A program made the translations under genes and the position numbers. Below, one piece after another: positions 1 through 8,096 of a stretch of 24,868 nucleotides of DNA. The DNA lies in contig JAVZNT010000013.1 of NCBI GenBank assembly GCA_038882655.1, positions 1-24,868 of the forward strand, written 5' to 3'. Origin of the DNA: Candidatus Bathyarchaeia archaeon. GTDB taxonomy: Archaea > Thermoproteota > Bathyarchaeia > Bathyarchaeales > Bathycorpusculaceae. The notes under the pieces are model-generated. The model worked only from the letters and a program-made list of their open reading frames with translations, did no database searches and had not been told where the DNA came from. Within the stretch, counting starts at the first letter, position 1. Each line of letters opens with the position of its first letter.

Positions 1-524
1 AATTCTATTGTTGTTGTTCCTGCGCCTATGGCTGTGAAGTTTATTAGCGCTAACAATCCGCCTTCCACGTCCACATATGCTCCGGGCTGCTGTAATATTG
101 CACTAATCGTGACGTAGGGGTATGGAGAGTTTGGACGGGCAGGATTGTAAGTGTTGTCTATGTCTTTCATTTCGTAGATCCCTTGACCGTAGAAGACGAA
201 GGATGGGTCCTTTTTTGGCACCCATGCGCCTGTACAATTTAATATTGAGCTGTTAAATTTTAAGCCAACCTGGAAGGAGTTCAAGTGGCTTGTAGCTCCT
301 TCAAGAACAACCTTTATAGTGAAAGGTATACCGCCCGGCGGAAGCGGCTGATCAGAGCTTCCAAGCGTGACGCTGCTTGAACCATCCAAATTCAGAATCC
401 GCAAAACCCGCTCCTGCCCAACAACATTCTCCACCCTCAAGGCTAATACTAAAATAACAGGTTGCAAGATAACCATAAACACCAACAGCTTTCTGCTTAA
501 TTCCCCAAAAATCATCCTATTCAT
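1..524 (-). CDS. Secreted cohesin-like domain protein (5' part; runs off the window)
   Basis: Manual translation from ATG at 524 (GGGGAGTG upstream) stays open to the window edge. It has an N-terminal signal-like segment MNRMIFGELSRKLLVFMVILQPVILVLAL, then PFTIKVVLEG..LNSFQVGLKFNSSILNCT..GGLLALINFTAIGAGTTTIE, the beta-strand pattern of cohesin domains (FxVxV..FQxxLxFNxxxL..GxLxxIxFxxxxxGxxxI). Absent from the ORF track because it has no stop inside the window. Confidence 0.8.
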   Translation of the reverse strand, partial: MNRMIFGELSRKLLVFMVILQPVILVLALRVENVVGQERVLRILNLDGSSSVTLGSSDQPLPPGGIPFTIKVVLEGATSHLNSFQVGLKFNSSILNCTGAWVPKKDPSFVFYGQGIYEMKDIDNTYNPARPNSPYPYVTISAILQQPGAYVDVEGGLLALINFTAIGAGTTTIE

Positions 525-850
525 TCTCACTCCCCTAATAATTTTCCATAGTTAAGCATTTAAAATTTATCCCAACAACCTTTAAATTTGAAAGTTTCGT
601 AAAGATTGGGTTCATTTGAGATTTGTTTCGTTGTTTTTGAACAGTTTTTGCAACGTTTAGGTTGTGAAACTATCTCCATGCTTTGTAATGGTGAAATTGC
701 TGTTTCGCTTTTTGTTTATTTTAAATTTCCAAGCGTATTGAAATCCTTTGCTGTATTGACCTTTCGAAATTGGTAAACCTAAACTAGCGAGCATTTAAAG
801 TATAATAACAGAAACAGAAAAGGGGGATTTGCAGGAGAATTCTCCATGCA

Positions 851-878
851 TCGCCGCTTTAAACCCGGCTCTCGGCAC
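851..878 (+). other. Degenerate tRNA 3'-end-like fragment (T-arm, acceptor strand, discriminator)
   Basis: TC GCCGC TTTAAAC CCGGC TCTCGGC A C matches the spacing of GCCGG-TTCRAAY-CCGGC + 7-nt acceptor strand + discriminator, with two substitutions (857, 860). No matching 5' half is nearby. Confidence 0.4.
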
Positions 879-946
879 TTTTGGACAGACCCGCGGCATA
901 AGCTACCTCTTTTTTAAAAGTTTCACGTGCTTGCGTATACCTTTTC

Positions 947-969
947 AAAAAAGCCCTGAACAAGGGTCT
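947..969 (-). terminator. Short hairpin followed by T-tract
   Basis: Minus strand reads AGACCCT-TGTTC-AGGGCT-TTTTT, between the subtilase and cohesin genes. Confidence 0.25.
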
Positions 970-1051
970 GAACTGTTCATTATTCTTTTTGAAAATTGTG
1001 CGGAGCGAATAAAAATCTTCAGATTTAAAGTCCGAGGCTCCAAAGAGTCAT

Positions 1052-1060
1052 AAGAAAAAA
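1052..1060 (-). terminator. Oligo-T archaeal-type terminator candidate
   Basis: TTTTTTCTT on the minus strand, about 30 nt after the last stop of the dockerin relic. Confidence 0.3.
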
Positions 1061-1087
1061 GGGACCGAGAAGTATTTTTGTCTGTAT

Positions 1088-1188
1088 TTAGCGATCATGT
1101 TATCCTAAGTGTACGACTAGAATTACCGCGTCTTCTATGTTTATGCAGCGTCACAGTTTATGTTCGCGTCAGGATTCTGGCTTGGGCA
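1088..1188 (-). pseudogene. Relic of a dockerin second repeat (old gene 3' end)
   Basis: Translates as CPSQNPDANINCD[1-nt deletion]CINIEDAVILVVHLG*HDR*. Allowing one codon at the deletion, it aligns in register to the subtilase C-terminus NPNADINDDSVVNARDITIAVINFYEH. Confidence 0.7.
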
Positions 1189-1190
1189 GG

Positions 1191-4100
1191 TTATTCGTGT
1201 TCATAGAAATTTATTACTGCTATTGTTATGTCTCTTGCGTTGACTACACTATCATCGTTTATATCTGCGTTCGGATTCCAGTTTTGTGATCCGGGTCTTG
1301 TATCAAATAGTAGTATGAGGTAGGTTATGTCTCTTGCGTCAACCCTATAGTCTGGGACGCCTGGCACAGCACTTGAAACGTCGCCTGGAACACCGACATG
1401 AACAGGAACTCTGGAAACATAAGTGTTGTCTGAAGTATCTGTTTCGTCTGGAATCTTATCTGCAACTGCGCTTATGATATAGTTGCCCTTGGCAAAGCCG
1501 GTAGTGTTCCAAGTGAAGGTTATGAATGTGAAGTTTCCGCTTGCTAGGGTGACTACCTTTGTCTGCGCTGGTGTTTCGTTAGCATAAACGGTTATGTTAA
1601 AAGTTTCAGTGAAGCTGCCTTGATTTGCCACGGTGACATTGATGCGCATGGAGTAGCCTTGTGCTACCACGCTTTTATAAAGTACAACGTCTGTGACAGC
1701 TACATCAAAAGTGCCATACATGAAGACTGCATGTAACGTGTAATCTTTGTTCATTGTTACGTTCACTAGGTTGTTGCTACCGATGTTGCCCCCATTTAGT
1801 TCCCAGTGGTCGAAAAGGTAGTTCACATTTGGGATCGCTGTAATTTGAACTGACGAGTTAGCTGTGTAACTGTATGTTCCAGGAGCTGGATCTGTAGTCC
1901 CGCCAACAGTTGCTGTAATTGTTAAGGTGTAGGTTGGTGGTGGAGGAGAGCCGTATGGGCTCATTAAGGGATAACGGTCTCGATTGTTTTCATCAATAAC
2001 ATAGGGTGTATCACCTATGCCATCGCTTCCATGTTCATCTTGATTTGGACCTTTCTTCACATCAGCGCCAGTATAGTCGCTCCAATAGTTGCCACCAAAA
2101 GGATAACCATTATCCCAAAAACTTGTTGACTCAACAACGTCAACTTGTACCGTGTTGTTTATGAAGTTATTATGATGAATGGTGTTGTTTGAAGATTCGC
2201 GCCGTAACAAGAGACCTTCCCACATGTTTCCTATTATGTTGTTTCTATAGATGATGCTGTTTGAAGAGCCAACATACTCGATGCCGACAGAATTGCTTGT
2301 TATGTCGTTTCCTGTTATGTTAATGTTCAGAGACCACCAGACCGCGATTCCGTCTCTCCCGTTTCCTGTTATGCTGTTTCTGTAAACGGCAATGTTGTCT
2401 GAATCCTCTATCTGGATGCCATCAGCTCGATTATTCGTTAAGGTGTTTTCGCAAATACAACTGTTTAAAGCGCTGGTCCAAATGCCAACTCCGCTCTCTA
2501 TCACATTATTTCGATAAACGGTGATGTTTGAGCCATAAAACTCGATGCCCAGACCGTTGTTTGCTACGTTGTTTTCATGAATTCTGCTGTTGGGACCTCG
2601 GAGCAGAATGGCGTTATACCGATTTGCTGTTATGTTGTTTCCACAGATATTGGTGTTGTTCGCATTAACGAGGCCGATGCCGTACCACGCGTTTGCTGTT
2701 ATATTATTTGCGTAAATGGTGATGTTCATGGACCAAAATTGACTCATAATGCCGTCGTCACCGTTTGCACTTATAGTATTTCCTATGATGCTTATGTTCG
2801 AACTGTCATAAAGATTGATGCCGAGCCGTCTATTTGCAGTTATGATGTTTCCATAGATCCCAATGTTCGAAGATAGACCGAGGTAAATGCCATCTTTGCC
2901 ATTTTGTATTGTGAATTGACGGATGTATAGGTTGTCAGTGTAAAACGCATAAATGGTCCTAACATTCCGGGTGCCATTGATAATAGTCGTTTCGCGAGAC
3001 TCCCCCTTGAGGGTTATGTTGTTTTTGTTCAGGTAAACTGCTTCATTGTAAGTTCCAGATGACACTAGAATAGTATCCCCAGAAGAGGCTGCGTCTACCG
3101 CCTCTTGTATCGTCGGATAGTAGGCTGGAACCTTTATTATTCCTTGCTCGGTACCCACATATCCGCAAACGCTATTGTCGTCAATGTTCGTCTCACCCAG
3201 CACAGGCACCACGAATACGGTAAAATTGTATACTCCCGTGGATAGAGCCGCCAAGGAAAACTCCACAGTGCTAGACGCTCCACTCGGAAGGTTTTCAATT
3301 AGTGAAGATATAAGTAGGCTATCATTTACCCACAACTGCACTATCACGTTGTTTTCATCACTTAGACCATAGTTAAGCACAGTTGCATTTATCGTCACAG
3401 TGCCCGGTCTCATATATGGAGGTCTCTCCCAATTCAGAACAAGCAAATCATGATCTGGGGGATTCTGTTCAACAGCTGTTTTCGCGTTAACCCTCCCGAA
3501 CCCGTAGTGAATATCAAAACCTGGCGCGCCTAAATCATCAGCCACCCTTCTCAGGTGAATTCGCGCTTGGTCTCTCGTAAACTGTGGAAATCGGCTCAAA
3601 ATGAGGGCAGCTGTTCCTGCCACATGCGGCGTTGCCATTGATGTACCGCTTGCATACCGGTAGGTATTACCCGAGAATGTTGAATAGATGCTGACACCAG
3701 GCGCGCTCAGCTCAATCCAAGGTCCAAAGTTTGTAAAGTCTGCTGGTGAGTCGTCTTGGTCGGTTGCAGCAACAGCAATGACCTCTTCATAGTATGCGGG
3801 ATACAATGGGGCGTTTGCAGCATTGTTTCCCGCGGCTGCAATTAACAAAACGCCATGGGCAGAGGCATATTTTACTGCATTGTGCAATGTTTCAGAGCTG
3901 AAGTAACCTCCGAAGCTCATGCTGATTATTTTTGCTCCCTTATCAGTAGCGTCGATTATTCCATTAGCAATCCAACTATCAAAGCCTGCTCCCAAATTAT
4001 CAAGAACCTTTTCTGCCATGACCCCAACTTGGGCTAGTCCGGCGATACCTATACCATTGTTAAGCGCAGCGGCTATAATGCCTGCAACGTGTGTACCATG

Positions 4101-4757
4101 TCCATGGTCATCCATGGGGTCAGAGTCGTTGTTCACCCAGTCGTAGCCCAACGGAATATAGTTAGGGTTCAGATCAGGATGATTGTAATCTATGCCGGTG
4201 TCCAATACGGCAACTAAAACCGAATTATCTCCAACAGTGGTGTTCCAAGCCCAGTCCGCTTCAAGCTTTTGTGGTCCCCACTGCAGACTCCAATAAGGGT
4301 CGTTTGGGACGAATTGGGTCTGAAACTTCATGTTAGGTTCCACGTATTCCGCCAAACCAGTAGCCTTTACCTTATGCACGATGGAAGGAATCAAGTCAAA
4401 GGGTATGTCGACAACAATTGCCCACGTCTTATCTCTGCTCGATATTTTATCTACGACTTTGCCGCCATTCACGCTTATAATCCGCCTCAACTTAGCATAG
4501 GCATCTGGATGTGCATCACTCACACCGATCACAAACTCAGCCGAGTCCTCATCCGCACGGGCAAAATTACTCCATTCTCTCGCTCTGTCAAGGTTCCAGC
4601 GCTCTTCCTCCAAGCGATTAACATTAAAGCCTCGATCGTTTGGATCGCCAGCCTCACCATACATGGGTCTGCTTGCTTCACCTAGTTGAATGTTAAACGC
4701 CCACGAACTCAGTAACACTAGCGATAGCATCGCCCCAGAAAGAGTTCTCCTTAACAA
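1191..4757 (-). CDS. Secreted S8 subtilisin-like serine protease with CARDB/Ig-like domains, NosD/pectin-lyase-like right-handed beta-helix, B-repeat-like domain and C-terminal dockerin
   Basis: Complete catalytic set: VAVLDTGID, HGHGTHVAG, AAAGNN, SGTSMATPHVAG. Signal peptide LLRRTLSGAMLSLVLLSSWA; YPTIQEAVDAA followed by many GIxL..N.I..N.I..N repeats; two EF-hand-like repeats at the C-terminus. The ORF is open to 4835; TTG at 4757 (GTGA upstream) is the more plausible start. Confidence 0.95.
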   Translation of the reverse strand: MLRRTLSGAMLSLVLLSSWAFNIQLGEASRPMYGEAGDPNDRGFNVNRLEEERWNLDRAREWSNFARADEDSAEFVIGVSDAHPDAYAKLRRIISVNGGKVVDKISSRDKTWAIVVDIPFDLIPSIVHKVKATGLAEYVEPNMKFQTQFVPNDPYWSLQWGPQKLEADWAWNTTVGDNSVLVAVLDTGIDYNHPDLNPNYIPLGYDWVNNDSDPMDDHGHGTHVAGIIAAALNNGIGIAGLAQVGVMAEKVLDNLGAGFDSWIANGIIDATDKGAKIISMSFGGYFSSETLHNAVKYASAHGVLLIAAAGNNAANAPLYPAYYEEVIAVAATDQDDSPADFTNFGPWIELSAPGVSIYSTFSGNTYRYASGTSMATPHVAGTAALILSRFPQFTRDQARIHLRRVADDLGAPGFDIHYGFGRVNAKTAVEQNPPDHDLLVLNWERPPYMRPGTVTINATVLNYGLSDENNVIVQLWVNDSLLISSLIENLPSGASSTVEFSLAALSTGVYNFTVFVVPVLGETNIDDNSVCGYVGTEQGIIKVPAYYPTIQEAVDAASSGDTILVSSGTYNEAVYLNKNNITLKGESRETTIINGTRNVRTIYAFYTDNLYIRQFTIQNGKDGIYLGLSSNIGIYGNIITANRRLGINLYDSSNISIIGNTISANGDDGIMSQFWSMNITIYANNITANAWYGIGLVNANNTNICGNNITANRYNAILLRGPNSRIHENNVANNGLGIEFYGSNITVYRNNVIESGVGIWTSALNSCICENTLTNNRADGIQIEDSDNIAVYRNSITGNGRDGIAVWWSLNINITGNDITSNSVGIEYVGSSNSIIYRNNIIGNMWEGLLLRRESSNNTIHHNNFINNTVQVDVVESTSFWDNGYPFGGNYWSDYTGADVKKGPNQDEHGSDGIGDTPYVIDENNRDRYPLMSPYGSPPPPTYTLTITATVGGTTDPAPGTYSYTANSSVQITAIPNVNYLFDHWELNGGNIGSNNLVNVTMNKDYTLHAVFMYGTFDVAVTDVVLYKSVVAQGYSMRINVTVANQGSFTETFNITVYANETPAQTKVVTLASGNFTFITFTWNTTGFAKGNYIISAVADKIPDETDTSDNTYVSRVPVHVGVPGDVSSAVPGVPDYRVDARDITYLILLFDTRPGSQNWNPNADINDDSVVNARDITIAVINFYEHE
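1225..1339. repeat. Exact 16-bp direct repeat inside the dockerin coding region
   Basis: GTTATGTCTCTTGCGT at 1225-1240 and 1324-1339, encoding (D/N)ARDIT in both dockerin repeats. Confidence 0.9.
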
Positions 4758-4939
4758 TTCAATCACTTTCTCACTTTTAATATGATTTGCCAAAAAAATA
4801 AAAATTGTGGAAAAGTGAGCACAAATAGACCGCACCTTTCATTCACGTGCACAGAGCCTCCATGGTTAAAAGGCATTCTTTTAAAGGTTTCTTTCTTACC
4901 TCAGCTTATTGCACGTATAAATAAGGATTGGAGCTGCTT

Positions 4940-5563
4940 TCATTTCTTTTCGAGGTTTTTGGCTATTTTCTCCCAGTCTATTTTGAACATGATGGCTAGC
5001 ACTGTTATTAGCAGAATTATTGCCAATGTCATGCTTATTAGGGCGGTTATCCAATCGCTTTCTATTCCAAATATTTGCTCAATTATTGTTATGGTGTAGC
5101 GGGCGCTGTAGGCAATTATTAGACTCATGCAAATTTTCCCAATTATTGCTGGGATGAAAGCTTTCAACATGTTGTAGTGCATTATGCCTAGCGGTATGAA
5201 GAGCAAGTCGTCTGGCAACGGCGTTAAGGCGAAAAGAAATATTGCGATGGGGCCGTACTTTCCGAAAATTTTTACCAAGGCTTCCATTTGGCGTTTGCGT
5301 TTCTCGCTTATGATTTTTCTTCCACCCAATCCAAGCATGTAGCCTGAAAACTCTCCTATGGCTGAGCCAGCCCCAGAAGCCAACGCAATCAATATTGGGT
5401 CGAAGAAGGGAGCTATAGTGAATATAACTACTGTGTATGGTATTGGAAAAAATATTGACATGGAGCCTATTAGGCTTATTAGGAATATGCCAAAGTAACC
5501 GTACTGCACGGAGAGATTTCTCATCCACTCTGCGAGTTGCTGGAATATATCCGCTATTGACAA
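4940..5563 (-). CDS. DedA/VTT (SNARE-associated Golgi) family membrane protein
   Basis: Hydrophobic 207 aa with GSAIGEFSGYMLG and KYGPIAIFLFALTPLPDDLLFIPLG motifs. Confidence 0.85.
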   Translation of the reverse strand: MSIADIFQQLAEWMRNLSVQYGYFGIFLISLIGSMSIFFPIPYTVVIFTIAPFFDPILIALASGAGSAIGEFSGYMLGLGGRKIISEKRKRQMEALVKIFGKYGPIAIFLFALTPLPDDLLFIPLGIMHYNMLKAFIPAIIGKICMSLIIAYSARYTITIIEQIFGIESDWITALISMTLAIILLITVLAIMFKIDWEKIAKNLEKK

Positions 5564-5670
5564 GCTTTAGCCTCTCTTCTTTTTAGGGTTTTTGGCTTTA
5601 AAGAACTTTTTATGGGCTGCAGCAGATGCATCAAGCTTAAATTTGCCTAAAGTAAAATAGGGATTTCACT

Positions 5671-6219
5671 TTGAGGGGGGTTCAATGGAGTTTGGCGTCT
5701 GAGAAGGCGCTTATATGGATTGCCCGAGACCTTTCAAAGTGCAGTGGCTGCAGAAAATGTGAAATAGCATGTTCGCTTTTCCATGAGAAGCGCATATGGC
5801 CAGAAGCCTCCCGAATTAGGGTTTTTATGCTTGCTCCGGGCATTGAATTTCCCCATTTCTGTGCCCAGTGTGAGGATTATCCATGTGTTCAAGCTTGTCC
5901 AGTTAACGCCCTATCAGTGAGTAAGGAAACTGGTGCTGTCCTTGTTGATTTCAATACTTGTGTTGGTTGTGGAAAGTGTATTGAGGCTTGCCCCGGGAGG
6001 ATTCCATATATGCACCCAGCGGAAAACAAGATTTTAATCTGCGACTTGTGTGGCGGCGACCCACAATGCGTCAAGGTCTGTCAAGAGGGGCTTTGGAATG
6101 TTCTGCGGGTTGTGCCTAGAGGAAACTACTCCTACAAGCTTTATGCCAGAACCCCAGAAGAGATTGCTCGAGATTTGGCAGTTAAAATTTTTGGGGAGGA
6201 GGGAGAGCGGTACATATGA
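5671..6219 (+). CDS. Polyferredoxin (4x[4Fe-4S]) small subunit of tungsten oxidoreductase, WOR5S-like
   Basis: Cys motifs CSGCRKCEIAC, CAQCEDYPCVQACP, CVGCGKCIEACP, CDLCGGDPQCVKVC; IWPEASRIRVF as I recall it in Pyrococcus WOR5S. ATGA overlap with the next gene. The start may be TTG 5692. Confidence 0.9.
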   Translation: MRGVQWSLASEKALIWIARDLSKCSGCRKCEIACSLFHEKRIWPEASRIRVFMLAPGIEFPHFCAQCEDYPCVQACPVNALSVSKETGAVLVDFNTCVGCGKCIEACPGRIPYMHPAENKILICDLCGGDPQCVKVCQEGLWNVLRVVPRGNYSYKLYARTPEEIARDLAVKIFGEEGERYI

Positions 6220-8084
6220 TTAGGGGTTATGCTGGAAAGTTCCTTGAGGTTGACCTCTCCGCCAAAAGTTTTAAGGAGGTGAGGTTCAGCGACGAGGTTT
6301 TAAGGGATTATGTTGGCGGTAGGGGTTTAGCAGCAAAAATCCTTTGGGAAAGGCTTGGCGGCAAATGGGAAACCATCGACCCGTTTGGACCGGAAAACTT
6401 GCTGCTGCTTTTGACTGGACCGCTTACCGGCTTTTTCCCTGGTGGGAGAATTTGTGTTTCCGGCAAGTCTCCGCAAAGCAACGGTGTTGTTGGCTCCACT
6501 GTTGGCGGGGAGTTTGGCGTTGAACTGAAGTGTGCTGGCTATGATGGCATTATAGTGGCCAGAGAGTCTGAGAAGCCTTGCTACATTTTCGTTAAGGATT
6601 CTGATGTTGAAATTCGGGATGCCAGCCACGTTTGGGGTTTGGATGCGAAACAAACAGTTGCCGTTTTGACTCGGGAATGTAGGGGGCTTTTGAAGGCTCG
6701 TTATCCACAAAAGGGTGAATCGAAGGAGCCCGCAATCCTTTATATTGGTCCCGCTGGAGAAAACAAGGTGCGGACGGCTGTTGTTGCGGCTAAGTGGTCT
6801 CATGCTGCTGGTTATGGCGGCTATGGTGCTGTTATGGGTTCTAAGGGGCTTAAGGCGATAGCGGTTAAGGGCACCGGTCCCCTTCCAGAAGTTGCTGACA
6901 TGGAAGGCGTAAAGGCGCTTATGCAAGAGGTTTGCAACAACGCTTATGAGAGTGAGCTTTGGAGGCGCTGGGGGACGGGTTCGGCTGGCTATGAGGTTGG
7001 GGCGAAAACAAGCTCTGAGCCTGTTAGGAACTGGCAGGAGGAGTGGCATGACGAGAAAAGCTTTGGGGTGAACAAGTTTGAGAACAGGGTTTGGGTGAAA
7101 CAGTATTGGGGGGATTTTGGCTGCCCAACAACATGCCTCAAACTGGCTGTTGTGAAGTCCGGGAAGTTTAAGGGCGCGATAGCAGATAATCCCGACTACG
7201 AGTTGCAAGCCTATTTAGGCACAAACTTGGGCATATTCACTCCGGAAGAAAACGTTTACATGGCTTCCGTAATAGACGATTTGGGGCTTTGCGGCATACA
7301 AACAGGCAATGTTTTGGGTTTTGCAGCGGAACTTTTCCAGAGGGGAATTTTGACAAAGAAGGATTTGGATGGCGTAGAACCAAAATGGGGCGATGTTAAA
7401 GCTTTCGTTGTCTTAGCCAAGAAAATCGCTTATAGGGAGGGCATAGGCAACATTCTAGCCGAAGGCACATATCGTGCAGCTCTAAAAATTAGCGAAATAA
7501 AAGGCGTTGATGTTATGCCCTACGCCGTGCAAGTTAAGGGCATAGGCGTCGGCGCTCACGGAATCAGAAGCGAAAAGGACTATCCGGAAATATACTCTTA
7601 CGCTTGTTCTGTCCAATGTGGAGACCACACTTCAACTGCATCTGTGCCGCTGGACAGTTTTGGAAGCGAGCTTATGACAGCATTCCATGACTCGGGCGTG
7701 TATTGCTTCTTCAACGTTTTCGGCTTGTCTCGCAGCTTGATCTTCAACTTTTACAAGGCTGTGACCGGTATAGAATTGACGAAGGAGGATTGGGTCACCA
7801 CAAAAGCCATGAAAATAATACAGCTACAAAGGGCAATGCTTCTCTTGGGCGGACCAGACTTAACGTGGAATCCGGAAATCCACGATGACAATCCACCCCG
7901 CTTTTATGAACCTCTCCCTTCCGGACCCTTTAAGGGGAAAGTCATCGAAAAGGCTCGTGTGGATGAGGAGAAACGCAGATATTATGAGCTTGTTGGTTGG
8001 GATGAAAGGGGCATACCGAAGTCGGAAACCCTTAAAAAGCTTGGATTAGACGATGTTGACAAAGCCTTAGAAAAACTCCGCTAA
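6216..8084 (+). CDS. wor5: Tungsten-dependent aldehyde:ferredoxin oxidoreductase family large subunit, WOR5-like
   Basis: AOR-family motifs GGRGL, KSP, GAVMGSKGLKAI, DDLGLC, GWDERGIP. Segments HAAGYGGYG, SSEPVRNWQEE, YWGDFGCP, PDYELQAY, GAHGIRSE, GDHTSTA and DDNPPRFYEPLPSGP match my recollection of P. furiosus WOR5 (subfamily call is from memory). Confidence 0.9.
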   Translation: MIRGYAGKFLEVDLSAKSFKEVRFSDEVLRDYVGGRGLAAKILWERLGGKWETIDPFGPENLLLLLTGPLTGFFPGGRICVSGKSPQSNGVVGSTVGGEFGVELKCAGYDGIIVARESEKPCYIFVKDSDVEIRDASHVWGLDAKQTVAVLTRECRGLLKARYPQKGESKEPAILYIGPAGENKVRTAVVAAKWSHAAGYGGYGAVMGSKGLKAIAVKGTGPLPEVADMEGVKALMQEVCNNAYESELWRRWGTGSAGYEVGAKTSSEPVRNWQEEWHDEKSFGVNKFENRVWVKQYWGDFGCPTTCLKLAVVKSGKFKGAIADNPDYELQAYLGTNLGIFTPEENVYMASVIDDLGLCGIQTGNVLGFAAELFQRGILTKKDLDGVEPKWGDVKAFVVLAKKIAYREGIGNILAEGTYRAALKISEIKGVDVMPYAVQVKGIGVGAHGIRSEKDYPEIYSYACSVQCGDHTSTASVPLDSFGSELMTAFHDSGVYCFFNVFGLSRSLIFNFYKAVTGIELTKEDWVTTKAMKIIQLQRAMLLLGGPDLTWNPEIHDDNPPRFYEPLPSGPFKGKVIEKARVDEEKRRYYELVGWDERGIPKSETLKKLGLDDVDKALEKLR

Positions 8085-8096
8085 AATGCCATGCCA

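Noticed and set aside
851-910. Permuted or split tRNA (3' half followed by CGCGGCATAGCT as 5' half)
   Set aside because: The putative 5' strand does not pair with TCTCGGC and runs into a T-tract with no D or anticodon arm.
1000-1050. Minus-strand TCGGA-CTTTAAA-TCTGA resembling an anticodon arm with UUA (ochre suppressor)
   Set aside because: No pairing T-arm or acceptor stem surrounds it, so a cloverleaf cannot be built.
367-1053. Plus-strand ORFs 367-555 and 829-1053
   Set aside because: The first is antisense to the cohesin gene. The second has no recognisable motif and overlaps structured non-coding features.
1088-1280. Dockerin tail plus downstream relic as a DGR variable/template repeat pair
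   Set aside because: Differences affect all four bases rather than only adenines, identity is low, and there is no reverse transcriptase in the window.
2100-3000. Repetitive gttatg/gttgtt-rich DNA as a CRISPR or tandem array
   Set aside because: Explained by the Asn/Ile-rich beta-helix coils of the protease; there is no fixed repeat-spacer periodicity.
6327-7208. 293-aa minus-strand ORF and the other short ORFs nested in or antisense to recognised genes
   Set aside because: Shadow frames of well-supported genes, with no motifs.
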